Of a DNA stretch of 64,000 nt, positions 21,406 to 35,131 are shown in pieces. Within the stretch, counting starts at the first letter, position 1. The number at the start of each line of letters is the position of its first letter. Below the pieces are notes generated by a model. That model was not told where the DNA came from. It was given only the letters and a program-made list of their open reading frames with translations, and searched no databases. The stretch is from the human T2T-CHM13v2.0 reference genome, Homo sapiens. The stretch lies in NCBI RefSeq assembly GCF_009914755.1, contig NC_060934.1; one strand, written 5' to 3'. A program made the position numbers and the translations under genes.

Positions 21406-22789
21406 TCAAAGTGGTTTTGGTATAAAGAGCTAGCCTTCCCGTTGGCCTCAAGGATACGTTAGAGATAACAGCAAGCTGTCTAAATATTTGCAGACTACAA
21501 CATTCAAAGATAAGGCAAGAGGACCAATCTTAAAGATTTTACAAAATAATTGCAACAAGTGCATGCATCTGTTGTTTCTCAAATCATGTTTTAATGTTTT
21601 AGCTATTAGGTGAAAATGGCTATGTACAATGTGCTATTTTTAAATTGTCAAGAGTAGATTTGGAAGGTTATTATCAATATCCTACACTTTTCCTTTCGTG
21701 ACTCAATAATAATTTTTGCACTTTCATTTAGCCTTAAAAAATAGAACAATAATGCATCCAAGTATAAGGTCAATTGCAAAGTGACCCCTGTAGTTTTTGC
21801 TTCAAAACTATTATATTGTGCTATTTATAATATCAAATTGCCACTGTCTAGAGGCAAAATGATCATTTCAAAATCTTTGTAACAATCTAGAGAAATATTT
21901 ACAAATATTAGCCACAATTCTAGTGTAATTTTTCTGATGTGTTTCTATTGCTGACAATTGTTTTGTAAAATCTTGATGATTGGTCCTCTTGTCTTTGAAT
22001 GTCGTAAGTCTGGAACTATTTAGACTGCTTGCTGTTATTGCTGATATATCCTTGAGACCGTCAGAAAACCTAGCTCTTTTTCCCAACACCAATTTGATAT
22101 TTCTTATATATGCAGGTTGGAATTTAGAAGAGCTGGGTGACATGATCAATAAGTGATTTTGAGAATTGCTCAGAACTTCATTTTATCTTTTTTTTTTTCT
22201 CAAACAACCTTTAAAATCAGAAACTCTGGCATAGCACTCTCCAACTGTGCCACAGAAGGACATAAGGATGTTGGTGCTTTTTCCTGTCTATTTTTGTCCC
22301 CTACCAAATCACAGCCCTGGAAGGGAGCTTTAGAAGTCACAAATCTGTTCTGTTGCCTTCATGCTCAGTATCACAGAAGAGGGATAATCAACCCTGTTCT
22401 AAAAGGCTAGCCAGTGGAAAGGATTTCAAAATCAGCCAACAAGTATTTTTGCTTACTGTGTACATGGAACAGTATGGAAAAAAGAATATGGAAAACTATT
22501 AGACATTATTCATACCCCCAAGAATCTTGCACTTCATTTGGAAAGAATAGATACCTATATGTACACAAAAACCACCATCAAAGCTTCTGAATTTGGAACA
22601 GGTCTTGAAGACCTAACTTTCTGACTGTTGTAAATATGCACTCTTGACATCCTGCCATTTGATCCTATCAGTTCATCACTGGGAAATTTTAATTGCAAAT
22701 AAATTCTATCCACTTCTAAATTCTAAAGGCTTTAATGCATGACAGGTCTATAGAAGTTAAATGACCGTAGAAATTGTCAGCCTGGATAG

Positions 22790-22960
22790 AAATTTTGGCT
22801 TTACCAATCATTAATAGTGTGGCCTCAGGCAAGTTACTTAATGTTTTTGCCTTTCAATTTCGTATCATAAAGTGGGGAAAAATACTAGTATCTTCCTCAT
22901 AGGGTTGGGAGAGTTAGGTGTTGAATTTTCAGAATAGCCCCTGATAGAGGGTAAGTCCAC
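22790..22960 (+). mobile_element. MIR
   Basis: MIR core GTGTGGCCTCAGGCAAGTTACTTAA...CATAAAGTGGGG...CCTCATAGGGTT. Confidence 0.65.
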
Positions 22961-23532
22961 ATCACATTAAATGGTATTTGTACAACTGTCATACAAATAT
23001 TTGACTCAACTTTTAATGTTCTGTTTTCCCTGCTCCAGCTACCCGCTTTTTTTTTTAAAGGTAAAACCTCTTCATCTGTGTGATTAATGATAGAACTATT
23101 CCACTACGGTCACAGAATATGATTTATAACTGACTAGGTCCTCCTTGTTGGTTTTTAATGCCACCCTTACTACAAATATGGTATGAATAGTAAAAAAAAG
23201 TGGGCCAATTATTATGTTCTAAATAGTATACTACTAACACTGCATCCCAAGCTTGCAAAAATGTTTCAGGAAAATTTTTCAGGTTTCAGGAGGCCACCTG
23301 AGTTAGACAATGGAGGCCTTAAGTCTATTTTACTGATTGTGTTTTTCAGAAGCTTGAGTTTGTTCTGGACTTTAGCTTCCAATTGTGTGAAATGCTTGAA
23401 TTGACCCAAGACTATGTTACCGTCATTCTGTCCTGTGTGTTGTTCTTTCTCAAATCCATGGATATTGGTGAAGTCCTAGTGTTTCATATTAATTTCTTTG
23501 GCAGATATTCAGTTTAATTCTTTGCTGGGATA

Positions 23533-23587
23533 GTGTGCATGGGTGTGCATGTGTGTGCATGCATGCACATGTGTACACGTGTGTACA
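23533..23587. repeat. Alternating purine-pyrimidine tract (GT/GCAT/CA)
   Basis: Read directly. Contains the palindrome TGTGCATGCATGCACA at 23554-23569. Confidence 0.85.
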
Positions 23588-25685
23588 GTATCATGCTTTT
23601 GTTCCACTCATAGTGGGATAAATATATTCCTTAATAACCTGGTCTGATATTCCTCCTGGAGTCTTACTGTTCCAGCCTACCCTGGCCACACTCTTGCTTT
23701 AGGAACTCTCACATTTATCCTTCTAAGTTGCTTACACACCAACCTCCTCATTTTTCAAAGCCCAGCTGAAATATCTTCTCTTCTGTGAAGACTTCCTAGA
23801 TCCCCTGGCCAGGATTTGTCCCCTATCCTCTCTCTGCTCCCCAGCATTTTGTTAATTGTCCTTCTCAGTTGGCATTTTGGTTATTGATGTAGCTTCTGCT
23901 TCCTTTATGGGACTGTAGAACACTCTAGAAGAAGAGCTTTATCTTATTCATCTTTGTATCCTAGGGCCTAGCAAGTGGCCATATAAAATTTGTTCAGCTG
24001 AATAAAGAAATAATTTTAAAAAAAGAAATAATGAAAAGGTTCACATGGGGGTGTATTTTCTTTCTGATGTTATCATCCTAATTATTAGAAGACATGGAGG
24101 GTCTGGGAGGAGAACTGATTTCTAATGAACATCCATTTGGTGCCATATCCTACTCAATGTGGTTTATAAATTCTCTCATTTGATCTTTGCAGGGACTTTA
24201 TAAGATTAGTATTATTATCCCCACTTATATATGAGTAAAATTAAGTTCAGATAGTTTGAGGCACAGGCAGAGTCTAATTTATAAATTCCAGGTCTTGGAA
24301 GTCAATGAAAACTAGAATGAGGACTCAAATTTACTTGATGTTACCCTAAAGCCATAGACATATTTAATGACACCGAAGTACATGAAGTGGTTTGACTTCT
24401 ATGGAAAAAAGCTGTATAAATATGATAATGCCATTTTCTCATTCAAAAACCCTTCAAGAGCATTGTTTTTGCAAACCAACTAACTACATTCCAATTTTTC
24501 AGCCTGGCACTTAAGAGCCTTGATATTCGTTTCTGTTCTTCAATCCCATTGCTTCTACCTTGATGCTCTGTCCAGTTGGACTGAACTCTCTGGATATCTG
24601 CAGATTTCTACCTTTCTACCTTTGCTCACTCTCTTTCTCCCACCTGGAATGCACTTTGTCAGGGATATACTTGCAATATTAATTAGCTTACTTAGCCTTA
24701 TCATAATCAAATACATGGTTCTCTTAAGCTTTTGGAAAAATTAAATTCTAAGTGGACCACCATTGCAAACTCTATGGCTCTCTGGTGGTTCAGGAATCTC
24801 AGGCTAGAAAAAATTCTCTTAAAGGAAAAAATATTCATATTGGTAAATTTTTTTAAAAAAATTTAAGTATAGTACCTTTCATTAATTCCTTGGAAACAAT
24901 GCTAAAACTTAAGAACAGAGAAAGTTTGTTGTTGTTTTGCTTTTTTTTTTTAATAAAAGAATCTAGCCTAAGACACCATTCTAAACAAATGTGTCAGACT
25001 CATCAACCTCCTAATCAAAACTTTCACTCAACTAATTCTTTCACTTACCTCCTGCCCACTGCAGTTATCTACAGCCCTGGCTTTGGCAAAATATCAGGAT
25101 TGCCCTATTCATCTGCCTATTGGATTTGATCCAGAATTAGTCACAACTTTGTTTAATTCTCCAGTCTTCAGTCAATCTCTGGTCCAGCATGTATAGGACA
25201 GTAATTACACAGTCACACAATGCAGCATAATGTATACTTCTCAGCACATTCAACTCTGTGTTTTTTAGGGTAGGGGGTGGGAGAGAGTATCTCTAAAGAT
25301 GACTAAAGCACAGCTGTTGGGTGGATCCTCCCTACAAATGTAAACCAAAGGATTGGGGCTGACCTCAGAGCGACTCCCGAGCCGGCACTCTCTGGGATAA
25401 TTTCCTCCATCCCTCCCGATCCTCCCAGAAGCGAGTCTACTTTTGTTCACATATTTTTATAGAAGGTTAAGTCTTTCATGGGTTTTGTATAAAAGTTGAA
25501 ACTGGGTTTTGATTCCTTGAGATGAGCAGTGGTAAACATGTGTGGCATTCGGAGAAACAGCACCTTAGAATTACACCTGTTGTTTGTGCGGTGTGGCTCT
25601 CTTCCTATGGAAATGTGTGAACTCTCCTAGGAGAAAGAAGAGAAATATTTAAAAAATCAAATGCCTCAGGGCACAGAGGGTTATT

Positions 25686-26062
25686 GTGCTCACAATCTCT
25701 TATCTGCGATCTTAAAATTCAAATAGAACTGAAAAATTCAAATAGAACTGACATCTGCATTTATTTATTTATTGGCCACTCATTTGGAGACCAAACCTGA
25801 CCAGATCTAAACTTCCTTGGCAAGATGACTTGACCTTACTTATTGCAAGCCTGTGAATAGTCTTTCCTTATCCCAGTTAGTGTGAAAATCCATGGTGTTG
25901 CTACAGAAATATTCATGTGTTTGATTAGAGGATGCTGCCTTGAATCTCACAGGGGTTATGTAACATAGGGCATGCATATCCTATTTTTTTGTGACATTGG
26001 AAAATTTCTGAATGGTGAAAGTGCCTGGTCAAAGGGATTTTGAATAACTGATTATGACCTAT
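25686..26062 (-). mobile_element. MER46C-like TcMar-Tigger MITE
   Basis: CACAATCTCTTATCTGCGAT..., GAAATATTCATGTGTTTGATTAGAGGATGCTGCC and ...GATTATGACCTATA match the recalled consensus in reverse. Confidence 0.65.
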
Positions 26063-26099
26063 AATGCAAGAGAAACAAAAATCCAGCAAAATCAAAATC

Positions 26100-28620
26100 A
26101 GAATCTTGGTTTTCAACATCCCTCTCTCTTTATACCCTATCATATTCCCCCAATCATATACTCTAGTATGCCACAGCAGCAATTCTTGTACATTATCAAG
26201 ATCTCAAATCTAAAGATCTTGATTGTCCACACTTTCTTCCCTCCTTATTCTCCACCCATCATTACAATCGCTTCTTTCATTTGCTTACCCCTCTTATTCT
26301 TCATTGCACACTCCTGGCATATCTCCATCCCTGTTTCCACCAATGATCCGTCTATTCCGTGCTGTCGCCGAAGCAGCTGAACATTGTTAGGGGGAAGAAT
26401 CACATAATTGTGCTGACTGGTCTCATTTAAATTCATAACCACAACTGAACTGGACACTGTTGTAGTGCAGCCCTACTTTATTTCCCAGGTTGTTGCATGC
26501 TTATGTGACAATGTCACACCTTCTTATGACCTTTTCAAACGTCTCTATTGACTGTTCTATCTTGCCCCGCTTTTTCAACTCATACGTCATTGAAAAAATA
26601 TAAGCAGAAAGTGAAAATGAATTAACTACTCTTTCTTTCACCAAATCAACCAACTTAATTGCATCTGTACCCATATAGTATTCCTTCTCTCCTATTTTGA
26701 TAGACAAAATATCCCTGGTCCTAGCTAAGCCAGCCCCTCCACTTTTGGCACCTCCTCTGCCTTTCTCAAGAACTTCAGTCCTACATTTATTCTTTCTCTC
26801 TCTCTCTTTCCTTCCCACATCATCAGTTTATTCACTGACTCCTTTTTATCTGCACCCAATAAGCAGTAGTGGCCAGGTGCAGTGAGTCATACCTGTAATT
26901 TCAGCACTTCAGAAGGCTGAGGCAGGAGGATTCCCGGAGGCCTGGAGTTTGCGACCAGCCTGGGCAACATAGCTCATCTTTAAAAACAAAATAAAACAAC
27001 GTTAGCTGGGCATAGTGGTGCACACCTGTAGTCTCAGCTACACAGAAGGCTGAGGAGAAAGGATTTCTTGAGCCCAGGAGTTCAAGGCTGCCGTGAGCTG
27101 TGATGGTTCCACTGCACTCCAGCCTGGGTGACAGAGTGAGACCCTGTCTCTAAAACAAATAAACATGCTGTAGTATTCTCTGTATCCCCTCCAGCTCTTG
27201 TGCTCTTCTCTGGTTTTTATCACGATACAACTTAGGACATAAGTTAGCATCACTCCCTCCACTTTCTCTCCTTACCCAGTTCCATCAGGTGATCACTGCC
27301 ATCTTTTCACTGATGTTAGTCTTGTTAAGGTCCCCAGAGACCTGCAGGTGGTCATTGGCAGTGGTCACTTCTCTGGCCTCATCCAAGCCTTTCATTTGTC
27401 CCGCATTTGACCTCTGTCTTTTAGAACCATTTTCTTCTCTTGGCTTCTGTGACAACACAATCTCCTGATGTTTTTTCTTCCTGACCTTCTTCTCACATCG
27501 TTTGCTGCCTGTCCAACCTCTATTAGCTGGGGTATCCCAAAGCTCAGTGCTATACCCCTTTCTACTCCTTATTTCACTAGGTGATCTTATTCTTTTCCAT
27601 GGCTTTTTAAGTAAGGTTCCAAAAGTACACCCCCAGCCTTGGGCTTGAGCTCGGGATTCATATATCTAATTGCCAGTGTGGATTCATCTATCTAATTGCC
27701 AGTGTAACTCTCCACTTGAAAGACTAGTAGGCACTTCAAACTTAGCACGCCAAACACAGAACTCTTGACACTCACCACCTAAACTGTTCCCCCTCTAGTA
27801 CCGTCCATCTTAGTGAGCACAGCCATCAAGTCACTCAAGGCAGAATCTAACTCCCTCCTTCCCTTAACTGCCACATGTAATCCAGCAACAGGTCTCACCA
27901 TTGCCACGTGTAAAATACACCCTGAGTTTATTCCTTTCTCTCTGTTTTCCTAGTTTAAGCCACCAGTATCTCCCACCTGAACTGTTATGGTACCTTCCTG
28001 CACGTCTTCTTCTGTACTCTCTTGATTTTTTATAATTGACTCTACATAACAACAAATACTGTATTTAATCTTGCACATGTATTTCTATGTCCCATTTAAC
28101 TTAGGATAATTTTGAACTCTTTGTGTTGGCTCACAGGGCTCTCATGATCCAAACCCCATCTCCCCATCTCCCTTTCCTGCCCTCCTTGGCATCCTCTCTC
28201 CCACTACCTCCCAGCCATGCTGCCTTCTTCCTCTTCTTTATACCAGCCAAGCGCATTGCCACTTCAGGGCTTTGGAACTTCCTCTTACCTCCCCCCTCGT
28301 AGATCTCTACAAGACTCATTCCCCTTTGGCACTCAAGTTTCAAATTAAGTCACCCCTGCAGTCACTCTCTGTCACATCCCTCTGTGTGACAGCAATTAGA
28401 GTTCTTGTTGGCACTTCTCCCTCAGTGCTCACTCAGTTAGTCAACAAGTTTTGTTTTTCTCCATTCCTCTCTTTTCCTACTGCCAACACCCTAATAGAAG
28501 CCACCTTCCTCACTTGTCTGGACTGTAGTAGTAGTAGCCCCTCAGCCATCTCCCCACATTTGTACTTATTCCCTTCTAACCTGACACTTGGTAACACAGC
28601 TGCCTTACTTAGATGACTGC
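26100..28620 (+). mobile_element. L2 LINE fragments, interrupted by an AluJ
   Basis: Pyrimidine-rich L2 hallmarks, e.g. GGCACTTCAAACTTAGCACGCCAAACACAGAACTCTTG. Boundaries approximate. Confidence 0.65.
26871..27163 (+). mobile_element. AluJ element
   Basis: GGCCAGGTGCAGTG ... GAGCCCAGGAGTTCAAGGCTG...GAGACCCTGTCTC followed by an A-rich tail. Confidence 0.92.
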
Positions 28621-28642
28621 TGTGACTTCTCATTGCTCTTAA

Positions 28643-28950
<308 letters not shown>

Positions 28951-29859
28951 GAGGGTTAATTTTTGAATCCTTAACAGGAGTCTAATTCTCTGAATAGGCT
29001 GGCTCTGACGTTTCTCTTTAGCTGCACCAGAATATGTAAGCATTCGTTCAGTTCCTTACATGATTCACAGCCCATTTCAACGAAGCACATGCTTTTTCCT
29101 TGACTGGTAATACCACTTTACCTGCTCCCTTTTGTCTTCTTAACTCATGCCCATCCTTCAAGTCTGAGCTAAGGAATCATTTTCTCAAGAAAACCCATCC
29201 TGACCACCTCAAAACATCTGGATTTTCCCCTTCTGCCACATAACATCATAGCATCCTGTACTGCTCATTCACAGTACATATCAGGATGGTATTTAATTCA
29301 TTCACCTTTAATGCCATCTTCCTCGCTAGAATGTTTCATCAGCTATAATGTCATGGTAAATGGCGCTGGGGCCAGATTGCCCAGGTTCTAAACCCTAATT
29401 CCTTTTTCTTACATAGCTGTATGACCTTATTTAGGCTTTCTTGATGTAAAATTAAGGTAATTATGGTACCCACCATGTAGATTTGTTTTGAGGTTTAAAT
29501 GAGTTAATAAACATAAAGCATCTAATATAGTGCCTGGCAGATAATAAACACTCAATAAATCATCATGATTGTCATTACTCTTATGAGCTCTGGGATTGCA
29601 TCTGTCTCATTCATCATGGCACATCCAACAAGTATTTGTTGAATACATAAATAATATTTTTCATGAGCCAATTAAAGTTAGAAGTAATATTATTAAATGC
29701 CTAGATGTACGCTAGGCTAGGGGATATCAAAATTAATAAAACATCGTTTTCACAATCAAGGAGTTTTTAACTCAGTGAATAAGAGTGAGATACATAAATG
29801 AGGTCTGCTCAAATGGTGTAGTTACACATCTTTGTGCCCTGGGCATTTTCCTAGGAGCC

Positions 29860-30529
29860 TGATACGGTTTGGCTATGTCCCCACCCAAATCTCATCTTGA
29901 ATTGTAGCTCCCATAATTTCCACGTGTTGTGGGAGGGACCTGGTGGGATATAATTGAATCATCGGGGCAGTTTCCTCCATACTGTTCTCATGGTAGAGAA
30001 TAAGTCTCATGAGATCTGATGGTTTTATAAGGGGAAACCTCTTTCACTTGGTTCTCATTCTGTCTTCCCTGTCATCATGTAAGAAGTGAGGGTTTGTTTG
30101 TTTTTTTTTGACAGAGTCTTACTGTGTCACCCAGGCTGAAGTGCAGTGGCACAATCTCGGCTCACTGATCCCCAGTTCAAGTGATTCTCGTGCCTCAGCC
30201 TCCCGAGTAGCTGGGATTATAGGTGCGCACCATCACATCTGGCTAATTTTTTTTTGTATTTTTAGTAGAGCCAGGGTTTCACCATGTTGCCCAGGCTGGT
30301 CTCGAACTCCTGAGCTCAGGCAATCCGCCTGCCTCAGGCTCCCAAAGTGCTGGGATTACAGGCATGAGCCACCGTGCCCAGCGATGTGACTTTTTCTTCC
30401 TTGCCTTCTGCCATGATTGTGAGGCCTCCCAAGCCACATGGAACTGTGAGTCCATTAAACCTCTTTTTCTTTATAAATTATCCAGACTTTGGTATGTCTC
30501 TATGAGCAGCGAGAAAATGGACTAATACA
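29860..30529 (+). mobile_element. THE1C-like MaLR solo LTR, interrupted by an Alu
   Basis: TGATACGGTTTGGCT ... GGACTAATACA with a perfect 5-bp TSD GAGCC. Confidence 0.92.
30091..30382 (-). mobile_element. AluS nested in the THE1 LTR
   Basis: Antisense Alu with a small internal deletion. THE1 sequence resumes after it. Confidence 0.93.
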
Positions 30530-30791
30530 GAGCCTACCCCATAGCTTGTGTACAATGTGTACACACCAAACCGTGACCTGCCTAGCTGTCTCCTAGAGGA
30601 AAGAAGGGGCACTCTAGAGAGAACAGAAAACAGCCTGAGGAAGTGGCAATGAATTTTGCCTTGAAGGGCCGGTAAGATTTCAGCAGGTACAATTCAGGAA
30701 ATGGAGAGGTAGGAGGCATTCCAGGAAGGACACAAGTAAAGGCAAGAAGCCAGGAAAATGAATGGAGAGCATGAACCGTCTGATGGTGGAG

Positions 30792-30968
30792 CAGTGGTTC
30801 TCAAAGCATGGTCATGGGCCCAGCAGCATCAGCATCTGGCCTGATGATTGTTAGAGATGAAAATCTTTGGACCCCTGACCAGATTTACTGAATCATAAAA
30901 TCCTAGTAATCTGTGTCTTAACAATCCTCTGGTTGATTCTGTTGCTCACCGAAGTTTGAGAACCACTG
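30792..30968. mobile_element. MER5A hAT-Charlie MITE
   Basis: TIRs CAGTGGTTCTCAAA / TTTGAGAACCACTG. Confidence 0.88.
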
Positions 30969-31170
30969 GGCTAGGGCACTGTGTTCTCACTGGGGACCCA
31001 CAAACCTCCAGAGAGTTGCAGAGGGATTCATGTGGTGACAATGACAGAGCAAGTCAAGAGTCAACCCCCCCACCACCGCCCCTCACCCAATAGGCAAGGG
31101 CAATCGTGTGTGGGGTCAGAGTCAGTGCTGTTGTGACTTGGTGGAATACCACTGGTTTCAACCTTCATAG

Positions 31171-31450
<280 letters not shown>

Positions 31451-32293
31451 TTTTAATTGATTTTTTTTCAGCTACATATTGGGGCTGAAAAGGTGGAATT
31501 TTTAAAAACACAATGTAAGGAAAACTAGTGTTAGAATATAAGCTGTTGAGAAGCAAATGATAGTAATATTTCTGCAAATTTAGCTCAAGATAATTTTCAC
31601 AAGTCAGATCCACAAGTCAGATGGCAAAATTCTTATAAAGCTTATCAAGATGTCTCAAATGCTTAAAAAATAAACAGAAAAAAGAGAAAAATATAGTAAT
31701 AATCATATCTAGTTTGGCTTTCGTCTAATAAAAATGTGTTATTTGGAAAGTGCTTGTAAATAGCCTAAAAATTTCTTTCATATCATCTTTAGAACTTAAC
31801 AATTATAAAAATGAGCCAATTGATTTTTACATTACAAAATGCAGACATTCTAAATATCAGCTACTAAAGTAGTCATATCTTGATGATGTAACATGTAATT
31901 AAATTTTAATCTACATTTTTAATATACAATAGTATATTAAATCACATACAGTGTCATTTTAAAATTTATAACTCAACCATCCTTTTTTCTTACATAATTA
32001 AAGTAAATCAAACAGTATGTGTCATATAATAAATGGGAAAAAGCTATGATTTTTAACACATGGAACAGATATTATAGAAATTTTTATTAAATGAATTTTG
32101 TAATATGGTCTTAAATAATGCACTGATCTAAAGAAATTTAAAACCCTTTTCAACTTAAAATTACTTTGCTTCATACCATGGAAAATTTTAAAGGAAATTG
32201 TTGGTGAATTATTATGAAAAGGGTTCATGAGTCTCAGAGAGAGGAAAATGCTGGACTAGTGCACTGGGTACCTGGATCTGGGTAATGGGGGAG

Positions 32294-32652
32294 TGTATCA
32301 GTCTGTTTTCACGCTGCTGATAAAGACATACCTGTGACTGGGTAATTTATAAGGAAAAAGAGGTTTAATGGACTCACAGTTCCACATGGCTGGGGAGGCC
32401 TCTCAATCGTGGCAGAAGGTGAAAGGCATGTCTTGTATGGTGGCAGACAAGAGAAGAGAGCTTGTGCAGGGGAACTCCCCTTTATAAAACCATCAGATCT
32501 CTTGAGACTTATTCACTATCACGAGAACAGCATGGGAAAGACCTGCCCCCATGATTCAATTATCTTCTACCAGGTCCCTCCCACAGCATGTGGGAATTAT
32601 GGAGCTACAGTTCAAGATGAGATTTGGGTGGGGACACAGTGAAACCATATCA
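32294..32652 (-). mobile_element. THE1B-like MaLR solo LTR
   Basis: TGTATCAGTCTGTTTTCACGCTGCT ... AAACCATATCA, with GGAG on both flanks. Confidence 0.92.
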
Positions 32653-33064
32653 GGAGATAGAGGTCAAGGAGAGTTACTGCAGAAAGGTGAGGAAGAAACC
32701 AGTCCAAGAGATCTCCAGGTTGTGGGAAGTTTTGAAACCCTAAGCATAGGTAGGGCTTACTTTTGGAAGAGGGATCATTTCCTCTGAGCTAAAGGGGAAC
32801 GGGTACAACTTTGAAACGTTTCTTAAAATACTGTACGTGCCAGAAGTCAGAATGCTCATGAAGTTCTCAAAGTCCCTATCTAGAAAATTCTGGAACAATT
32901 GCTCTATTCAGTGAAAGTTGCCTGTGTTCTGGATACCATCACCTCAAGTCTCCTCTGGTACGTTGTTCCACCAGTTATTGCACCTCTCCTATATCTTCCA
33001 TCTTTCCTTTTCCATTCACCTTTCATTAGCAAATGGATGAACACACATTTTAAACCCGTATTAA

Positions 33065-33806
<742 letters not shown>

Positions 33807-33815
33807 TAATGCATG

Positions 33816-34130
33816 TGTCTTAGTCAGCTTGTGTTGATACAATAAATTCCATAGGCAGGGTAGCTTAAACAACAAATACTTATTTTTCACAGTTCTGGAG
33901 GCTGGAACTGTGAGATCAGGGTGGCAGCATGGTTGGGGTTCTTGTTGAAGACCCTCTTCCTGGTTTGCAGACTGCCATCTTCTCATTGTATACTTTACCC
34001 GGTAGAGGGAGAAGAGAGAGAAAGCAAGCTCTTTCTTATCTCTTCTTATAAGGTCACTAATCCCATCATGCAGCCTGCACCCTGTGACCTGATTACCTCC
34101 CAAATGCCCCATCTCCAAGTACCATCATAT
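33816..34130 (-). mobile_element. MLT1A-like MaLR LTR, partial
   Basis: TGTCTTAGTC...CACAGTTCTGGAGGCTGG...TTACCTCCCAAATGCCCCATCTCC. Confidence 0.75.
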
Positions 34131-34715
34131 AGATAAGTACATATAGATGAGACTGACATTATTATTGAGAGTAAATTACATATTAAATACACCCAGCTTT
34201 TAGCCGTTAAATAATGTTGTGTTTGTTTGATCATTTGTAGATGAATCCCATTCTGTTTTCCACCTTTATTACTTTTCTTGTGTCGTCGCAAGACTGGAAG
34301 GGCAGACAGTCCAAATCTTCATATCGACCCCATGGAAACTTGCTCAATGTATGAATAGAAAGGGGACCATCAGTCAGACTGTCAGTCTCCAAGCTTCCTC
34401 TCTATCTTGTGGACTCAGATGTCAAATAATGTAACTTTCATATTAGGCAAATGCAAATATACTAGGTTGTATGTATCTGTATGTATTTTGATGACTGACA
34501 CACTTTGGTATCGGTCAGCACACAGAAAGGAAAATGTACAAGATTGTACTCCTGGAAAGAAACAACTTTTAGGGTTTTCAAAGATTCCCATACAAAAAAC
34601 TTTAAAGACAAAATGCAACACTTAATTGAAAATTCAGATTTGTGAAAAAGAAACAAAGATATAGATATATTCGTATTATATTTTTATTATATATTCTAGA
34701 TGATATATTAATATT

Positions 34716-35131
34716 TGATATGGTTTGGATCTGTGTCCCTACCAAATCTCATGTTGAATTGTAATCCCCAATTTTGGAGGTGGGGCCTGGTGGGGGGTGA
34801 TTGGATCATGGTGCTGGTTAATTATGAATGGGTCAGCACCATCCCCTCAGTGCTCTTCTCATGATAATGAGTGAGTTTTCATGTGACCTGGTTGTTTAAA
34901 TGTGTGTAGCACCTCCCTTTTCTCTAGGCTTCCTGCTCCAGCCACGTAAGACATGCCTGCTTCCCCTTCACCATCCGCCATGATTGTAAGCTTCCTGAGG
35001 CCTCCCCAAAAGCAGAAGCTGCTGTGCTTCTTGCACAGTCTGCAGAACCATGAGCTAATTAAACCTCTTTTCTTTATAAATTACCCCATCTCGGGTATTT
35101 CTTTACAGTGATGTGAGAATGGACTAATACA
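34716..35131 (+). mobile_element. MSTA-like MaLR solo LTR
   Basis: TGATATGGTTTGGATCTGTGTCCC ... GGACTAATACA with perfect TSD ATATT. Confidence 0.92.
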
